DNA of 44,390 nucleotides from a virus. Made by a program: the position numbers and the translations under genes. Under the pieces are notes generated by a model, which made no database searches, was not told the DNA's origin, and was given only the letters and a program-made list of their open reading frames with translations. The stretch lies in IMG/VR virus record IMGVR_UViG_3300030503_000223; one strand, given 5' to 3'. This document shows, piece by piece, positions 7,513 through 17,500 of this stretch; within the stretch, counting starts at the first letter, position 1; the number at the start of each line of letters is the position of its first letter.

Positions 7513-9692
7513 CAGTAGCCCACCCCGGGGGTCTGGTTCTGGGCGGCTACATCCTCGCGCTGCCGACGTCTATTGAGTGCTGCGCGGTCCTGATCTTCCT
7601 GGGTCTGGCGCTCCACTTCTGCCATGGGGTCTGGCTTCTTTTGGCCGGGGAGTTGGTAGCGCACCGGCATGCCCTTATCGTTGCGGACCACGTCCCAGGC
7701 GCCAAATTCGTCCTTCTGCGCAAGGCTCCAGACCCGTCCGCCAGAAGACCCCGTCTCCGGGCCCTCGACTAACCGCGCAGCGCCGTATCCCGACGCCGCC
7801 ATATCTGAACGAATGTCGTCCTTGGAGAGATACGGGAACATGCGCTCGGGCGCGTACTTCATGAGTTCGCGCGAGCCATTGACCTCGGACACCCCCCACG
7901 TGGCCTTAAGATCATTAATGGCAAGCTGCTGCGCCTGTTTGAGATTGCCGTCCGTGTGATAGAAGTATTGCTTTGTGAGTTCGGAAAATTCAGCGGCCAT
8001 CGGGGTGGGCGGCACCGGCACTGTGTTGCTGAGGTGCAGCCCCGGCGCCTTGTAGTGCTCATCATCCGCTAGCCCGTTGCGAATGGCGTTGCTGTCAATC
8101 GTCATCCACTTCTGCCCGGGCGAGCGCTGCGAGTTCCAGGCATCGTCCAGAAACTTCTTGTCGGTGGCGCTCCTCGCGGTAGCTTCGCGCGTAAGATTGA
8201 CTGCGCCCTCAGGAGACGCGCCGGCAGTGACAGCGCTATTGATGCTCTCAGCCATCGCGCGGGTCTGCTCGTCCGTGGCTTCCATGTACGCACGAGGGTT
8301 GGCACGCTGCAGGCTCGCCAGTAACTGCGCACCCTTGGCCGCAGTATCTGGATCTGCGCCCACGATGCTGGCGCGCCCGAACGAGACAGCGCTCTCAGGA
8401 ACCACGCCCACTCGGGAAGTGATGGCGACCGCCGCATTGTTGTATGCGTCAGACCCCGCAGGCGACCCCATCGTCGTGAACGCGAGATAGGAATTAACGG
8501 CCTTCTTGGCCTCCGCACTCTTACCGTCCATGGGCGTGGATGACTCAACGTGATCGCGTACGTAATCGAGCGACAGTTCTTCCTGATCGCCTTTCTTCTG
8601 AGCGCGCAGGATCTGATCGCGCATCGTCAGGCGCTGATCGTCGGTGAGGGCGCCTTTGCGCCACAGTGACTCAACCGTCCCCAGGGCGCCTGGAGTGACG
8701 GTTCCAGAAGCGATAGAGCCATCCAGCGCAGTCAATGCGCGGCGGTTAGCGGGGTCTTGCCGGCGCTCATTAGCCAGCGCCGCCCTCCCCCGGTCGACCT
8801 CTTCTGTAACCTTGGCCTGCTGCTCCGGGGTGAGCCCGGACTGTTCAATCTTCGAGAGCGCATCGGCGCCCACATTCGTATCCTGCTTGTAGGCCCCGAG
8901 GATTGAATTTGCGCTGGCAGACACCTCGCCATCCTGGATGGCACGCTCGAACGTCTTAGCGTCCTGCGGGCGAAGCTCTGCGCGCACAGCATCGTAATAG
9001 GCCTTCGCCATCGGCACTTTCTGGTCGGCCAGCATGTTGCCGATGACGCCTTCATTCATCTTGACGTGAGCCTGGTACTTCGACTCATTCAACATGTCAT
9101 CCGACCACCCTTGCTGATGGGCGAGACTTTCTAAAGAGGCATCGATGTGATCGCGATTGGTGGCGAGAATGTCGGGATGGTTGTAGTTAGCCGCCGCAGT
9201 CTGCTGGGCGAGTTCAACCGAGGTCTGCGCGGTTTTTATGCCGAACTGGCGGTGCTGCTCAAGTTCGTGCGTGTCCAGCTGCTCTGAGAGATGGTTCCTG
9301 ACCTGTCCGGCGGCTAATGCTGCGGCTTGCCGGGCCCGTGGATCGGGCACGGCCGCCACGATATTAGCGGCCTGTTCATCGAACTTCGGCAGGTACTGAC
9401 CTGAGATACCGAAGGCGTCTTTCCCCTCCTTGGTAAAAGCCCCGGTACTCGGATCGTGCGTCAGTCCGAGCGACAGCGCCTGTAGTTGGTTATGGGCGTC
9501 CGTGAGCTGTGATTGACGCGCCTGATCCATGGCAGCGTTGACGTGCTGCTGCACCTCGGTGCCTGCGTACTCAACCGCCCGTCCCACTTCGCCACCAAAG
9601 GCGCCTGACGGGACTTCCTCAGGGACGTGCGGATAGGCACGTCCCGGCAGTGCATCCGGCTGGATCTGCGGGCTATAGGTCAGATCGACCAC
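7512..9692 (-). CDS. Internal virion / ejection protein (gp15-like position)
   Basis: 726 aa, helical and Ala/Gln-rich. GTG start overlaps the upstream stop by 1 nt. Confidence 0.45.
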   Translation of the reverse strand: MVDLTYSPQIQPDALPGRAYPHVPEEVPSGAFGGEVGRAVEYAGTEVQQHVNAAMDQARQSQLTDAHNQLQALSLGLTHDPSTGAFTKEGKDAFGISGQYLPKFDEQAANIVAAVPDPRARQAAALAAGQVRNHLSEQLDTHELEQHRQFGIKTAQTSVELAQQTAAANYNHPDILATNRDHIDASLESLAHQQGWSDDMLNESKYQAHVKMNEGVIGNMLADQKVPMAKAYYDAVRAELRPQDAKTFERAIQDGEVSASANSILGAYKQDTNVGADALSKIEQSGLTPEQQAKVTEEVDRGRAALANERRQDPANRRALTALDGSIASGTVTPGALGTVESLWRKGALTDDQRLTMRDQILRAQKKGDQEELSLDYVRDHVESSTPMDGKSAEAKKAVNSYLAFTTMGSPAGSDAYNNAAVAITSRVGVVPESAVSFGRASIVGADPDTAAKGAQLLASLQRANPRAYMEATDEQTRAMAESINSAVTAGASPEGAVNLTREATARSATDKKFLDDAWNSQRSPGQKWMTIDSNAIRNGLADDEHYKAPGLHLSNTVPVPPTPMAAEFSELTKQYFYHTDGNLKQAQQLAINDLKATWGVSEVNGSRELMKYAPERMFPYLSKDDIRSDMAASGYGAARLVEGPETGSSGGRVWSLAQKDEFGAWDVVRNDKGMPVRYQLPGQKKPDPMAEVERQTQEDQDRAALNRRRQREDVAAQNQTPGVGY

Positions 9693-10168
9693 TAGCTACC
9701 CTGATTCCACTGGCCGTAGGCGCGCGAGCCAGACGTGATGAGAGATCCAAGGCCCTGCATAATCCCGGCCTTCTGGTCCCAACCAGCTTTGGCCAAGTCG
9801 CCCGCCTGATCAACCTGGAAACCCCAGGCCTTACGCGCAGCGTTCGTCTGGATACGCGCGATGTCCTGTGCGCCGATTTCTGAAGTGGTCGACAGCGATC
9901 GCAGAGCCGACCCCGACATCGTGACGTTCGCCCCACCCACCTGAGCGGCCTGCTTGCCGAGGGTGGCGTTTAGGTGCTGACGATAGACGTCGGCCTGTTC
10001 CGCCCCTGCCTGAACGGTGCTCTGGGCCTGCATGCCAGAAACCTGCGCCGCCGTGCGTGCAAGAGCCGCATTGGAGTTGCCCTGCGCCATCGATGCGCCG
10101 AACTGCATCCCGCCGCCGAGCATGGAAAGGTACGGTGCCCAGTCGGTATAGCCTGCTGAATTTTCCAT
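9692..10168 (-). CDS. Small Gly/Ala/Gln-rich internal virion protein (gp14-like position)
   Basis: 158 aa, low-complexity G/A/Q-rich. Immediately downstream of the tail tubular B-like gene. Confidence 0.45.
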   Translation of the reverse strand: MENSAGYTDWAPYLSMLGGGMQFGASMAQGNSNAALARTAAQVSGMQAQSTVQAGAEQADVYRQHLNATLGKQAAQVGGANVTMSGSALRSLSTTSEIGAQDIARIQTNAARKAWGFQVDQAGDLAKAGWDQKAGIMQGLGSLITSGSRAYGQWNQGS

Positions 10169-13100
10169 TAGCCGGCCTCTCCTACATCGACGGTGGCGAC
10201 CCAGCCGAGCACGCGAAGGGGGGCTGGGTCAGACATCTGGATGCATACCGTCGCGTCATCGTCAGGCTCAGTCTGCAGCGGCACATGGATGACACCGGTA
10301 TAGGCCGACACCGGCTGGTTATACAGTTCGTACTGCCGCTGAACGGACGGCACGAGGTGCTCAAAGTCAGGGCCTGCATAGAACGGATAGCTCTGATCCA
10401 CCACCACAGAAAGCGTCGGCGTTTGCTTCGTGTGATTGCGAATGGGTTTCTGGTTCTGGACGTTGAAGTTCAGCGACTGAAGCTGCGACACGTAGGGCAA
10501 TCCTGCATGCACTACGCCGCCGGGATTGGTGAGCGTGATGCTGCCGCCTGCGGATACCACTTGTTGCGCGAGCACGCTGCCATCGGCAAAAATGCTCGCC
10601 AACTGACCTGCGATGTTCGCAAGTCCAGTGAAGTAGACCTTGGCAAAGGTCCACGCTGTGAGCGCTACGCTTTGATAGGCGACAGGCACCGGGTCCAGGA
10701 ACGTCACTTGAGCCTGGTCACCGTTCAATATCTGTGTAATTTGCAGACGGCACACGAGCGTCCCGTCGTTCGTGAACCAGATGGCGTTACCGACGTCAGT
10801 TGGCTGGAAGCCCGTAAAGGCGTTGCTCATCGTGAGCGTGCCGACATCCTGCGCAAGCCACGTCGTCCCGCCCGTGACGGTCGCTGTGGTATTGGTCGTA
10901 TTGCGACCGTCGTAGGTGAGGCCTGAATCCACAAAGAACGCATCTGAGATGTACTGATATTCCCGCACCGCAAAGCGCTCGATGTAGCGCTGGTATGTGC
11001 CATTGATAGTGCGGCCGACGATGCAGTAGACCGAAAAGGTGCCGTTCTCTGGCACCACGCACACGTCCTCGAAGTTGCCTTGCGTGGTGTAGCGTGTCCA
11101 TGCCACGACTTCCTGCTCTGGCAGGTACGAGCACACACACATCACGCCATCCGAACGCACACAGTAGATGAGCCCGTAAGGCTCTGGTGCGAACGCCACA
11201 CGCTGACAGGTAGTGCCCACGGGGAACATCTGACGGGCAAAGACGGTGAGTTCCTTGCCGAGAAATTTGTCGTTGTAGAACTGGTAGATGATGTCGCGCA
11301 GCTTCCGGCCACCCCACTGGACATAGATGATGGTGGTACCGGTCTGAACGGCCGGCACGTTCTGCATCCCGTAGAACTCCTGCGGGATAAGGGAAATGTC
11401 GGAGGGCGTGATGGCGCCGATGCCGCTCGAATCCGTCACACGCCAGGAAGCACTCGCGGTTCCCAGCAGAAGATTGTTCATCGGTAGAAGATTGTTAATC
11501 GGGTTCTGCTGTCGCGAGTTGATCGTTTCTGTAATGGCGTCAGAGTCCACCTGAGGGTCCGAAACGTTGAAGTTCAGGTAGTCAGACACCTGAGAGGTAA
11601 AAAGGGTCTGAGGCTGTTGAGCGGTGCCTGAAAGCACCAAGCGGTCGTTGTAATAGCAAATGTCGGACGCATACCCCTGAATCGGGGAGATGGAGCCGAA
11701 CGCCCAGTACGTCGACAGACACAAGCCCGTCATGTACTGCGGAGCAGCACTGGATTGGTTGTTATAGATGTTGGTGAGCGAGCCTGTGACTTGCCTTATC
11801 ACCACATTGTTCGTACCCGTAGGCGGGGCGGTATAAAACGTAATGGCGGTGCCGGTGAGATTGATGATGTAGGAACTCGGGTCCTGAAAGACCCCGCCCA
11901 CCGTTACGTAGAATTGGTTAGGGTCTGAGGTCGTAATGGCGGTGAGGCCGGTGAAGAGCTTATTTGTGCCATTGCCGCTATAGGTGAAGGGCCCCACCGC
12001 GATCTGCGGGCCACCCACAACGGTCGGCGGGAAGTTTGAGTAAATGCCTTTATAGGACTGCACCACCGCGGTGACGTGCTGTGAGTCGGTGTAGCCGGTG
12101 ATGAGCGCAGCCCCGGCATTCGTTGACACGAACTGCCACGACACGCCGCACACGTTCACAAAGTTTGGGACCGGCTGGCCATCCCCGTCAGGAATCGTCC
12201 CCTGCGTGTGAACTGGTTGAAACGTCCCCGTGGCCGTGTGGTCGGTAGATACCGGCGCGTAGACGCACTGATAGATTTTGTTATCGCTGCGGATGTACAT
12301 GCCCACAGGACTTGAGGCAGTGGGATACGTCAGGATCTTCTGCGCTTCCCAAGGGGCAATGGAGTTCAGGAACTGTTCTTCTAGATAAAAGAGCGCTCCA
12401 ACATGTGTCGGCTTGAATATCGGCGCGCTGGCGGTAAGCGTCACAGTCCCCTGGGTGTTGCTCGCATAGACGGTCGTCGTGCCATCCGTATTGATGTCCT
12501 GAAAGGGACCGAAGAGCAGTTGCGGGGCGGTGAAGGTAAACTCATTGGCCGTCACCCGCGTCAGCTGATACATCGGCTGCGTAGATACCACGACACTCAG
12601 AACGTCTGCCGACTGCGCCCAGCGAAGGCTCGGGAGGTCGGCAAAGGCGTAAGGGTTCGTGAGGTTGTACGGCACTGTCGCCTGCCCACCACTCACGTAC
12701 GCAAACGACTGCACCTGTCCTAAGAAATCGACCGTAAAGCCCGTTAGTGATGCCGTAGCAACAGTCCAGGTGCCATTGGGATTGAAGGTGCCGATGTAAA
12801 CGACTCCGGTAATGGTAACGACCTGCCCCGCACTGAAGGTGTTGGCTGCCGTGACATTCATCAAGTGATTGCTGGCGGTGACGTGCGTGATCGTTGCGGC
12901 GGTCGTGAAGTTCTGGATGAACGCGCCTTCAGAATAGAACTGCATTCCGCCAGCCGAGAACTCACAGACGTAGCTTTGCTGATTGTTGTAGACGAAGGGC
13001 AGGAGGTAGGAACCATTCGGCGTGTTGCTCAAACAACTGCCGATGAATTCAAGGCCCGGCCGATTGGTCGCAGCCCCTTCCGCATTGATGAAGAAATTGA

Positions 13101-13206
13101 CCGCTGTCTGCACAGCAGAGGCGTAGAACTGGGCATCCGTGCGATCTGCCGCGAGAGGGCTTATCTCACCCTTGGCGAACGAGACTTGCGGGATTTCTAC
13201 TTCCAT
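10168..13206 (-). CDS. Tail tubular protein B / nozzle-like large tail protein
   Basis: 1012 aa. The N-terminus (PQVSFAKGEISPLAADRTDAQFYASAVQTAVNFFINAEGAATNRPG) matches a signature I associate with podovirus tail hub proteins. Follows the tubular-A-like gene. Confidence 0.55.
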   Translation of the reverse strand: MEVEIPQVSFAKGEISPLAADRTDAQFYASAVQTAVNFFINAEGAATNRPGLEFIGSCLSNTPNGSYLLPFVYNNQQSYVCEFSAGGMQFYSEGAFIQNFTTAATITHVTASNHLMNVTAANTFSAGQVVTITGVVYIGTFNPNGTWTVATASLTGFTVDFLGQVQSFAYVSGGQATVPYNLTNPYAFADLPSLRWAQSADVLSVVVSTQPMYQLTRVTANEFTFTAPQLLFGPFQDINTDGTTTVYASNTQGTVTLTASAPIFKPTHVGALFYLEEQFLNSIAPWEAQKILTYPTASSPVGMYIRSDNKIYQCVYAPVSTDHTATGTFQPVHTQGTIPDGDGQPVPNFVNVCGVSWQFVSTNAGAALITGYTDSQHVTAVVQSYKGIYSNFPPTVVGGPQIAVGPFTYSGNGTNKLFTGLTAITTSDPNQFYVTVGGVFQDPSSYIINLTGTAITFYTAPPTGTNNVVIRQVTGSLTNIYNNQSSAAPQYMTGLCLSTYWAFGSISPIQGYASDICYYNDRLVLSGTAQQPQTLFTSQVSDYLNFNVSDPQVDSDAITETINSRQQNPINNLLPMNNLLLGTASASWRVTDSSGIGAITPSDISLIPQEFYGMQNVPAVQTGTTIIYVQWGGRKLRDIIYQFYNDKFLGKELTVFARQMFPVGTTCQRVAFAPEPYGLIYCVRSDGVMCVCSYLPEQEVVAWTRYTTQGNFEDVCVVPENGTFSVYCIVGRTINGTYQRYIERFAVREYQYISDAFFVDSGLTYDGRNTTNTTATVTGGTTWLAQDVGTLTMSNAFTGFQPTDVGNAIWFTNDGTLVCRLQITQILNGDQAQVTFLDPVPVAYQSVALTAWTFAKVYFTGLANIAGQLASIFADGSVLAQQVVSAGGSITLTNPGGVVHAGLPYVSQLQSLNFNVQNQKPIRNHTKQTPTLSVVVDQSYPFYAGPDFEHLVPSVQRQYELYNQPVSAYTGVIHVPLQTEPDDDATVCIQMSDPAPLRVLGWVATVDVGEAG

Positions 13207-13926
13207 CTACCACCGCGCGATGATAGAGGGCGAATCACGCTCAAGGTCCTGCTGGTTCGCGTTTAGGTGCTGGGCCAGTGCATTGAGCCGGGCCGATTCG
13301 TAAGCGGCCTTACAGTCTGCCACCCGCTCCCTGTCTGCCCGAAGCTGTGCTCCCGCGCGCCAGCCGATGAGGTAAGACAGCGTGTCCGAGAACATCGGGT
13401 CGAACTGCGCAGTGTTGCTCACGCACTGGATGTAGAAGAGGTAAAGCGGGTTCTGCGGGGTGGCAAGAAAATCGCACAGGATGCAAAGACCCCCGGGGTT
13501 CGCCTGACTCTCCACCACCTTGTAGGGAATCTTCGGAATGGTGAGCGTCATCCCGACCGAGGGCCACCAATAACCAAGCCAGAACTGCGGGCCGAAGCGC
13601 TGGCCGGCAAGGGTTGTGACCTGTAGCGGCTGCAGGCAGTCGTTCGGGTACTGGTAGCTGTACTGCCAGCCCGGGGCCGCGTAGCCCTGCTGGGGGCCCA
13701 AGGGGGCGGGAACGGGTTCCTGCACCAGATTGATGTTGGTGTCGCAGAAGTTCCAGGGGGCGGACTGAAGAAGCTGGTCCCGACACTTCGGGTACCAGAA
13801 GGAGGCTATCTGCGCCTGGGCCGTCTGGTCAGGCGGAGTGATCGAATTGATGGTGACACTGATGCCTAAGTGCCCCATCGCCATGTTGCAGATGTCGGTT
13901 TCGGACAGGGCGGTGATGCTTGGCAC
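13207..13926 (-). CDS. Tail tubular protein A / adaptor-like
   Basis: 239 aa. N-terminal ICNMAMGHLGIS..I...........A......Y...RDQLLQSAPWNF pattern as in gp11-like proteins. Adjacent to the large tubular B-like gene. Confidence 0.55.
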   Translation of the reverse strand: MPSITALSETDICNMAMGHLGISVTINSITPPDQTAQAQIASFWYPKCRDQLLQSAPWNFCDTNINLVQEPVPAPLGPQQGYAAPGWQYSYQYPNDCLQPLQVTTLAGQRFGPQFWLGYWWPSVGMTLTIPKIPYKVVESQANPGGLCILCDFLATPQNPLYLFYIQCVSNTAQFDPMFSDTLSYLIGWRAGAQLRADRERVADCKAAYESARLNALAQHLNANQQDLERDSPSIIARW

Positions 13927-13936
13927 GGCTCATGGC

Positions 13937-14494
13937 TCAGTCATTGGGGAACTCGATCCACACGAGTCCGACTTCAATGGTGGAGCCCGTCAAAGTCGCC
14001 CCTGCCGCCACCGCGGCATATCCTTGCACTCCGACCTCAACCAATCCTCCGAGCGGGACCAGGTTGTCATCGTCCGTCGCCACCGTAATGGCACCCGTCT
14101 GAACGTGTCCGATTGGCAGGAAGAAGGTCCCCGCGTTAACGACCGTCCCAGCGGCGTAAGCCGTGCACTGAGGCGCAGGTCCCGCGGCAGCACCGCCCAC
14201 GCGAAGGTTCGCTACCGCACCGATAGCCGTTATCGAGGTGGGTGCTGCGACTTGGCCAGATGCGCCCGTAATACCGATCGCAGCGGGCACCGTCGTGGCG
14301 ACCGTGAGCCCGAAAGACGTTGCCAAGAGATAGGCCGTCACTCCGCGGCCTCCAGAGACCGCAGAGCCGTTCCACAAGAGGGGGCCCGTCAGGGTCGTGC
14401 CGGTATAGATCGCGGGCGTGACGCTCGCGTAGGCGCAGAAGATGTTGCCCTTGCCGCCCCCGATCTGCGTGTAGTCCCTAAACCCTGCGAGCAC
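13937..14494 (-). CDS. Hypothetical virion protein (Gly/Ala/Thr-rich)
   Basis: 185 aa, beta-rich composition, in the head-tail junction block. Confidence 0.45.
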   Translation of the reverse strand: MLAGFRDYTQIGGGKGNIFCAYASVTPAIYTGTTLTGPLLWNGSAVSGGRGVTAYLLATSFGLTVATTVPAAIGITGASGQVAAPTSITAIGAVANLRVGGAAAGPAPQCTAYAAGTVVNAGTFFLPIGHVQTGAITVATDDDNLVPLGGLVEVGVQGYAAVAAGATLTGSTIEVGLVWIEFPND

Positions 14495-14497
14495 GGA

Positions 14498-15040
14498 CTA
14501 AACCGCCCGTGCGATCGGATTCCGAGCGTCCGGATCGACGATGGTCCTCCAGCGAGCATTGACTACTGCAACATCGGTGCGCGGGACCGCGGTCTTCGCC
14601 CCGTCCTCGTGTACAGTGACTGTGACAGGCTCATACGGGTCATCCGACCACAGCACCGGAACGTCGACCTCGAAAATGCTGACCGGCTGGCCCATCTTGT
14701 TGTCCGGGCCGTACTGGTAACTGCCGATGACGCAGTCGGTTCTCGCGCGCACCGTCCCCTTGTAGGGGACGAACTTCGGAGGGACCCCCCGTAGTGGCGC
14801 GGTGGCTCTGGAAGCCCCCGGGCGCAGAGCCTCCAGTTCCGCCTCCGCTTCTCTCAGACGCCGCGCCATCTCAGGGTCAGGCTGAGCGGGCTTTGCGGCG
14901 AAAGCCGCCTCGAGCTTTGCGAGACGCTCTGCCAGGGCTTCATTCTGGGCCTTGGTCTCGGTGAGTTCGGCAGATAAGGTTTCACGCGAAGGTCCCGGCG
15001 GGCGCCCTCCTTTGTTCCTCAGGGCTTCTGGTTCTGTCAT
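14498..15040 (-). CDS. Hypothetical virion-module protein with N-terminal coiled coil
   Basis: 180 aa, tightly packed in the structural operon. Confidence 0.45.
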   Translation of the reverse strand: MTEPEALRNKGGRPPGPSRETLSAELTETKAQNEALAERLAKLEAAFAAKPAQPDPEMARRLREAEAELEALRPGASRATAPLRGVPPKFVPYKGTVRARTDCVIGSYQYGPDNKMGQPVSIFEVDVPVLWSDDPYEPVTVTVHEDGAKTAVPRTDVAVVNARWRTIVDPDARNPIARAV

Positions 15041-15044
15041 GTTC

Positions 15045-15410
15045 TTACGCTCCTACGCACCAGCTGTTGCCGCCGACATAGCGAAAGGCGATGGACGCCC
15101 CCGCTGCGAGGGAATACCCGCCGTTGGTGGCGAGTGTTCCGATCTTTCCCCCCGTTGAGGGGTAGACCTCAAGCGCATTCGCCCCGTGATTGGCAACGAT
15201 GTAGTCCTCACCGAGCGATATCCCCGCAGGTCCCGGCAGCACCGTGCCAGTGGCGCTTGCGACCGTCGTAACCACCGACAGGTCCTGTCCCAGCGGAATC
15301 GCAAGGGCAGTCCCCTGCGTGCTCCCCGTCGCCGTCAGATTGCCGACAGTGTTAGGAATCCAGGGCGTCTGCCCGAGGGGGACACTGGGGAATCGGGTGA
15401 CAAGAGCCAT
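15045..15410 (-). CDS. Hypothetical small virion-module protein
   Basis: 121 aa, Gly/Thr-rich, in the structural operon. Confidence 0.45.
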   Translation of the reverse strand: MALVTRFPSVPLGQTPWIPNTVGNLTATGSTQGTALAIPLGQDLSVVTTVASATGTVLPGPAGISLGEDYIVANHGANALEVYPSTGGKIGTLATNGGYSLAAGASIAFRYVGGNSWCVGA

Positions 15411-15413
15411 GGG

Positions 15414-15923
15414 TTAGAACGGCTCATAGACGGCGTGTCCGCCAATCGCGCCCGAAGTGGTTCCTGTAAAGGCTGAGAGCGACAGCTCGCCCAAGTTGGC
15501 GGTGTTGCCCACCAGGTCAATTTCCTCCCAGTCCTTGGCAAGCCAGCGGGCCGCGCCGCCGTAGGCGTTGAAGGAGAACACCAGAAGGTGCCCGCCATTA
15601 CCGGCCAGGCGCTGTGGGGCGGTCGAGAAGGCGTTACCCGTAATGGGTGCTGCAGCAAGAGCTGCGGTGGCCGCCATGGCTGCAGAATCCACGGTCGAGG
15701 TCGACCCCAGAGTGACGGCTACCGTGGAATCGCGCGACAGAATGATGATCTGCGGCTGGCTCGTTGAACTTGACTGTCCGCCGAGCATGATCTCCAGCAC
15801 GTTGATGCGCTGAGTACCCGAGCCTCCCTGCAGGACGAACGGGTAGGTGTTGTTGGTCATGCCTGAGGTATCACCAAATGCACTCGTGGTGATCGAGGCG
15901 AAACTGACTGTACGCTTTGACAT
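15414..15923 (-). CDS. Hypothetical virion-module protein
   Basis: Start trimmed to ATG 15923 (AGGAG RBS, just after the upstream stop at 15935). The 5' extension in the ORF track is Arg-rich and overlaps the upstream gene. 169 aa. Confidence 0.45.
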   Translation of the reverse strand: MSKRTVSFASITTSAFGDTSGMTNNTYPFVLQGGSGTQRINVLEIMLGGQSSSTSQPQIIILSRDSTVAVTLGSTSTVDSAAMAATAALAAAPITGNAFSTAPQRLAGNGGHLLVFSFNAYGGAARWLAKDWEEIDLVGNTANLGELSLSAFTGTTSGAIGGHAVYEPF

Positions 15924-15934
15924 TTTCCGTGCTC

Positions 15935-16468
15935 CTACTTGATCGAGTAGCCGGAAACGCCGCCGAGGTCTACGGCGTCGAGATCCCAGCCAATCCACGC
16001 CACGGCCTGACCGCCCGTCATCGTTCCGACCGTGACGAACTGAAGTCCGATCCACTCTAGCCACGACACCGAGCGCGGGAGAGCGGCGGTCTGACGCACG
16101 AACTTGCCGTAGCCGGTGGGGCCTGTGAGGTTCGCGATCACTACCGCCGTGAAGTCGTACATCGTTGTGGGCGAGGACAGAGACGAGGATGCCGAAGTAA
16201 TGAGCTGTGCATCCACGCTGGTGCCGCCCAAGGGGGCCTGAATCCAGTCAATGCACAGCCACAAGCGCTCCCCACCGCCCATGTCGCGATAAGTGTTCGC
16301 ACCCGCTGACAACAGCGTGTCGCTTGGGGTGTTTTCAGAGAGGTAAGCCGCCAAAGGCGCCGTGTCGATGGAGTTCGGAGCGATATAGGTCCCGGCAGCT
16401 CCCACGATGGACACGTAGTTCTGCGTTGAAATGTCGCTAAAGGAGAACTGAACGTCGCGCATGGTCAT
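15935..16468 (-). CDS. Putative capsid decoration / cement protein (by position)
   Basis: 177 aa, directly downstream of the major capsid gene. Confidence 0.4.
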   Translation of the reverse strand: MTMRDVQFSFSDISTQNYVSIVGAAGTYIAPNSIDTAPLAAYLSENTPSDTLLSAGANTYRDMGGGERLWLCIDWIQAPLGGTSVDAQLITSASSSLSSPTTMYDFTAVVIANLTGPTGYGKFVRQTAALPRSVSWLEWIGLQFVTVGTMTGGQAVAWIGWDLDAVDLGGVSGYSIK

Positions 16469-16479
16469 GGTGGTTCTCC

Positions 16480-17481
16480 TTAGGAAACCGTGGCTTCGGT
16501 GTTGAGGATCTGGTCGACCTTGCGAAGCGGAATTCCCAGGAACTTGTATTCGATCTGGGTCAGACCCTCCTCTACGCTCAAGGCGGCGTTGGATTTCGCC
16601 AGCGCCTGAATCTTCAGGATGCTGAACATGGTGCGGTTCATGTAGAACGCACAGTTACCGGCCGTCAGTGAGGGCAGACGGTCAATCGAGCGGCTCATGA
16701 GGCCGATGAGATCCGCCGCGATGTTGTTGGATGTGATGGTCGTATCGATGTTGCAGATACGAACTACATACCTCCAATCCGGTACCGCCAGGCCACAGCG
16801 CCACTCCCAGTACTCCCGATACGCCATCATGCGGGCGCCACCGACGCCTGCGACGTTCTCCACTACCTGGAGGCCCAGGTCATGGTGCTGCAAGCCTGCC
16901 TGTGAACCCTTCGGGAAGATGCCAAAGACCGAGTTCGGTCCCCAGCACACGAGCCAGATGGAGGTATTGACGGAGGCCGAACCACCTCCTGAAATGATGT
17001 TCTGTGCGAATGCGCCGCCCGAGATTTTGTTGTATCTCGGAAAGAGTCCGCGGAAGACCGAAGGCGCTGCTGTCGGGTCACCGTAGATGGTGAGCTGCGA
17101 GAAGCCCTGGTTCATCGATTCGATGAAGGCATCCGCTTCCGTCATGCGGAAGGCAGCTTCTTGGCCGTTGAGTTCGGCCACGGACTTATCCACTTCGAGG
17201 AAGCCTGCGAGTTCCGCGGTAGCCTCATCCACACCCATCGTGGTGGACTTGCTCGGCGGAATGCCCTGGTTCATGGCCCGGGCCATGACGACCGGCAAAC
17301 CCGTGCGCTGGATTACCCTGTGACCGGTGGCAAGATTGCCTTCCTGCCAGTGCATGTCCGGGAGCATCTCGTTCTTCTGAGCGAGTAGCTCAACGATGAG
17401 CGGGATGCGTCCACCGGGATCGGAACGCGTCGCCCAATCGGCAAGGGTGAGAACGTTTGAAGCAACAGCTATTTGGGTCAC
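16480..17481 (-). CDS. Major capsid protein
   Basis: 333 aa. GTG start with AGGAG 8 nt upstream. The N-terminal LADWATRSDPGGRIPLIVELLAQKNEMLPDMHWQEGNLATGHR pattern is typical of one HK97-fold capsid family. Follows the scaffold gene. Confidence 0.8.
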   Translation of the reverse strand: MTQIAVASNVLTLADWATRSDPGGRIPLIVELLAQKNEMLPDMHWQEGNLATGHRVIQRTGLPVVMARAMNQGIPPSKSTTMGVDEATAELAGFLEVDKSVAELNGQEAAFRMTEADAFIESMNQGFSQLTIYGDPTAAPSVFRGLFPRYNKISGGAFAQNIISGGGSASVNTSIWLVCWGPNSVFGIFPKGSQAGLQHHDLGLQVVENVAGVGGARMMAYREYWEWRCGLAVPDWRYVVRICNIDTTITSNNIAADLIGLMSRSIDRLPSLTAGNCAFYMNRTMFSILKIQALAKSNAALSVEEGLTQIEYKFLGIPLRKVDQILNTEATVS

Positions 17482-17500
17482 TCAAGCACTCCTAGACGCG

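Noticed and set aside
15924-16064. 5' extensions of several tracked minus-strand ORFs. Examples are 15414-16064, 20746-21120, 28410-28694, 28612-29004, 31155-31499 and 31688-32269.
   Set aside because: The extensions overlap the upstream gene and are Arg-rich. Internal ATG or GTG codons placed right after the upstream stop, often with a GGAG-type RBS, give non-overlapping, tightly coupled genes.
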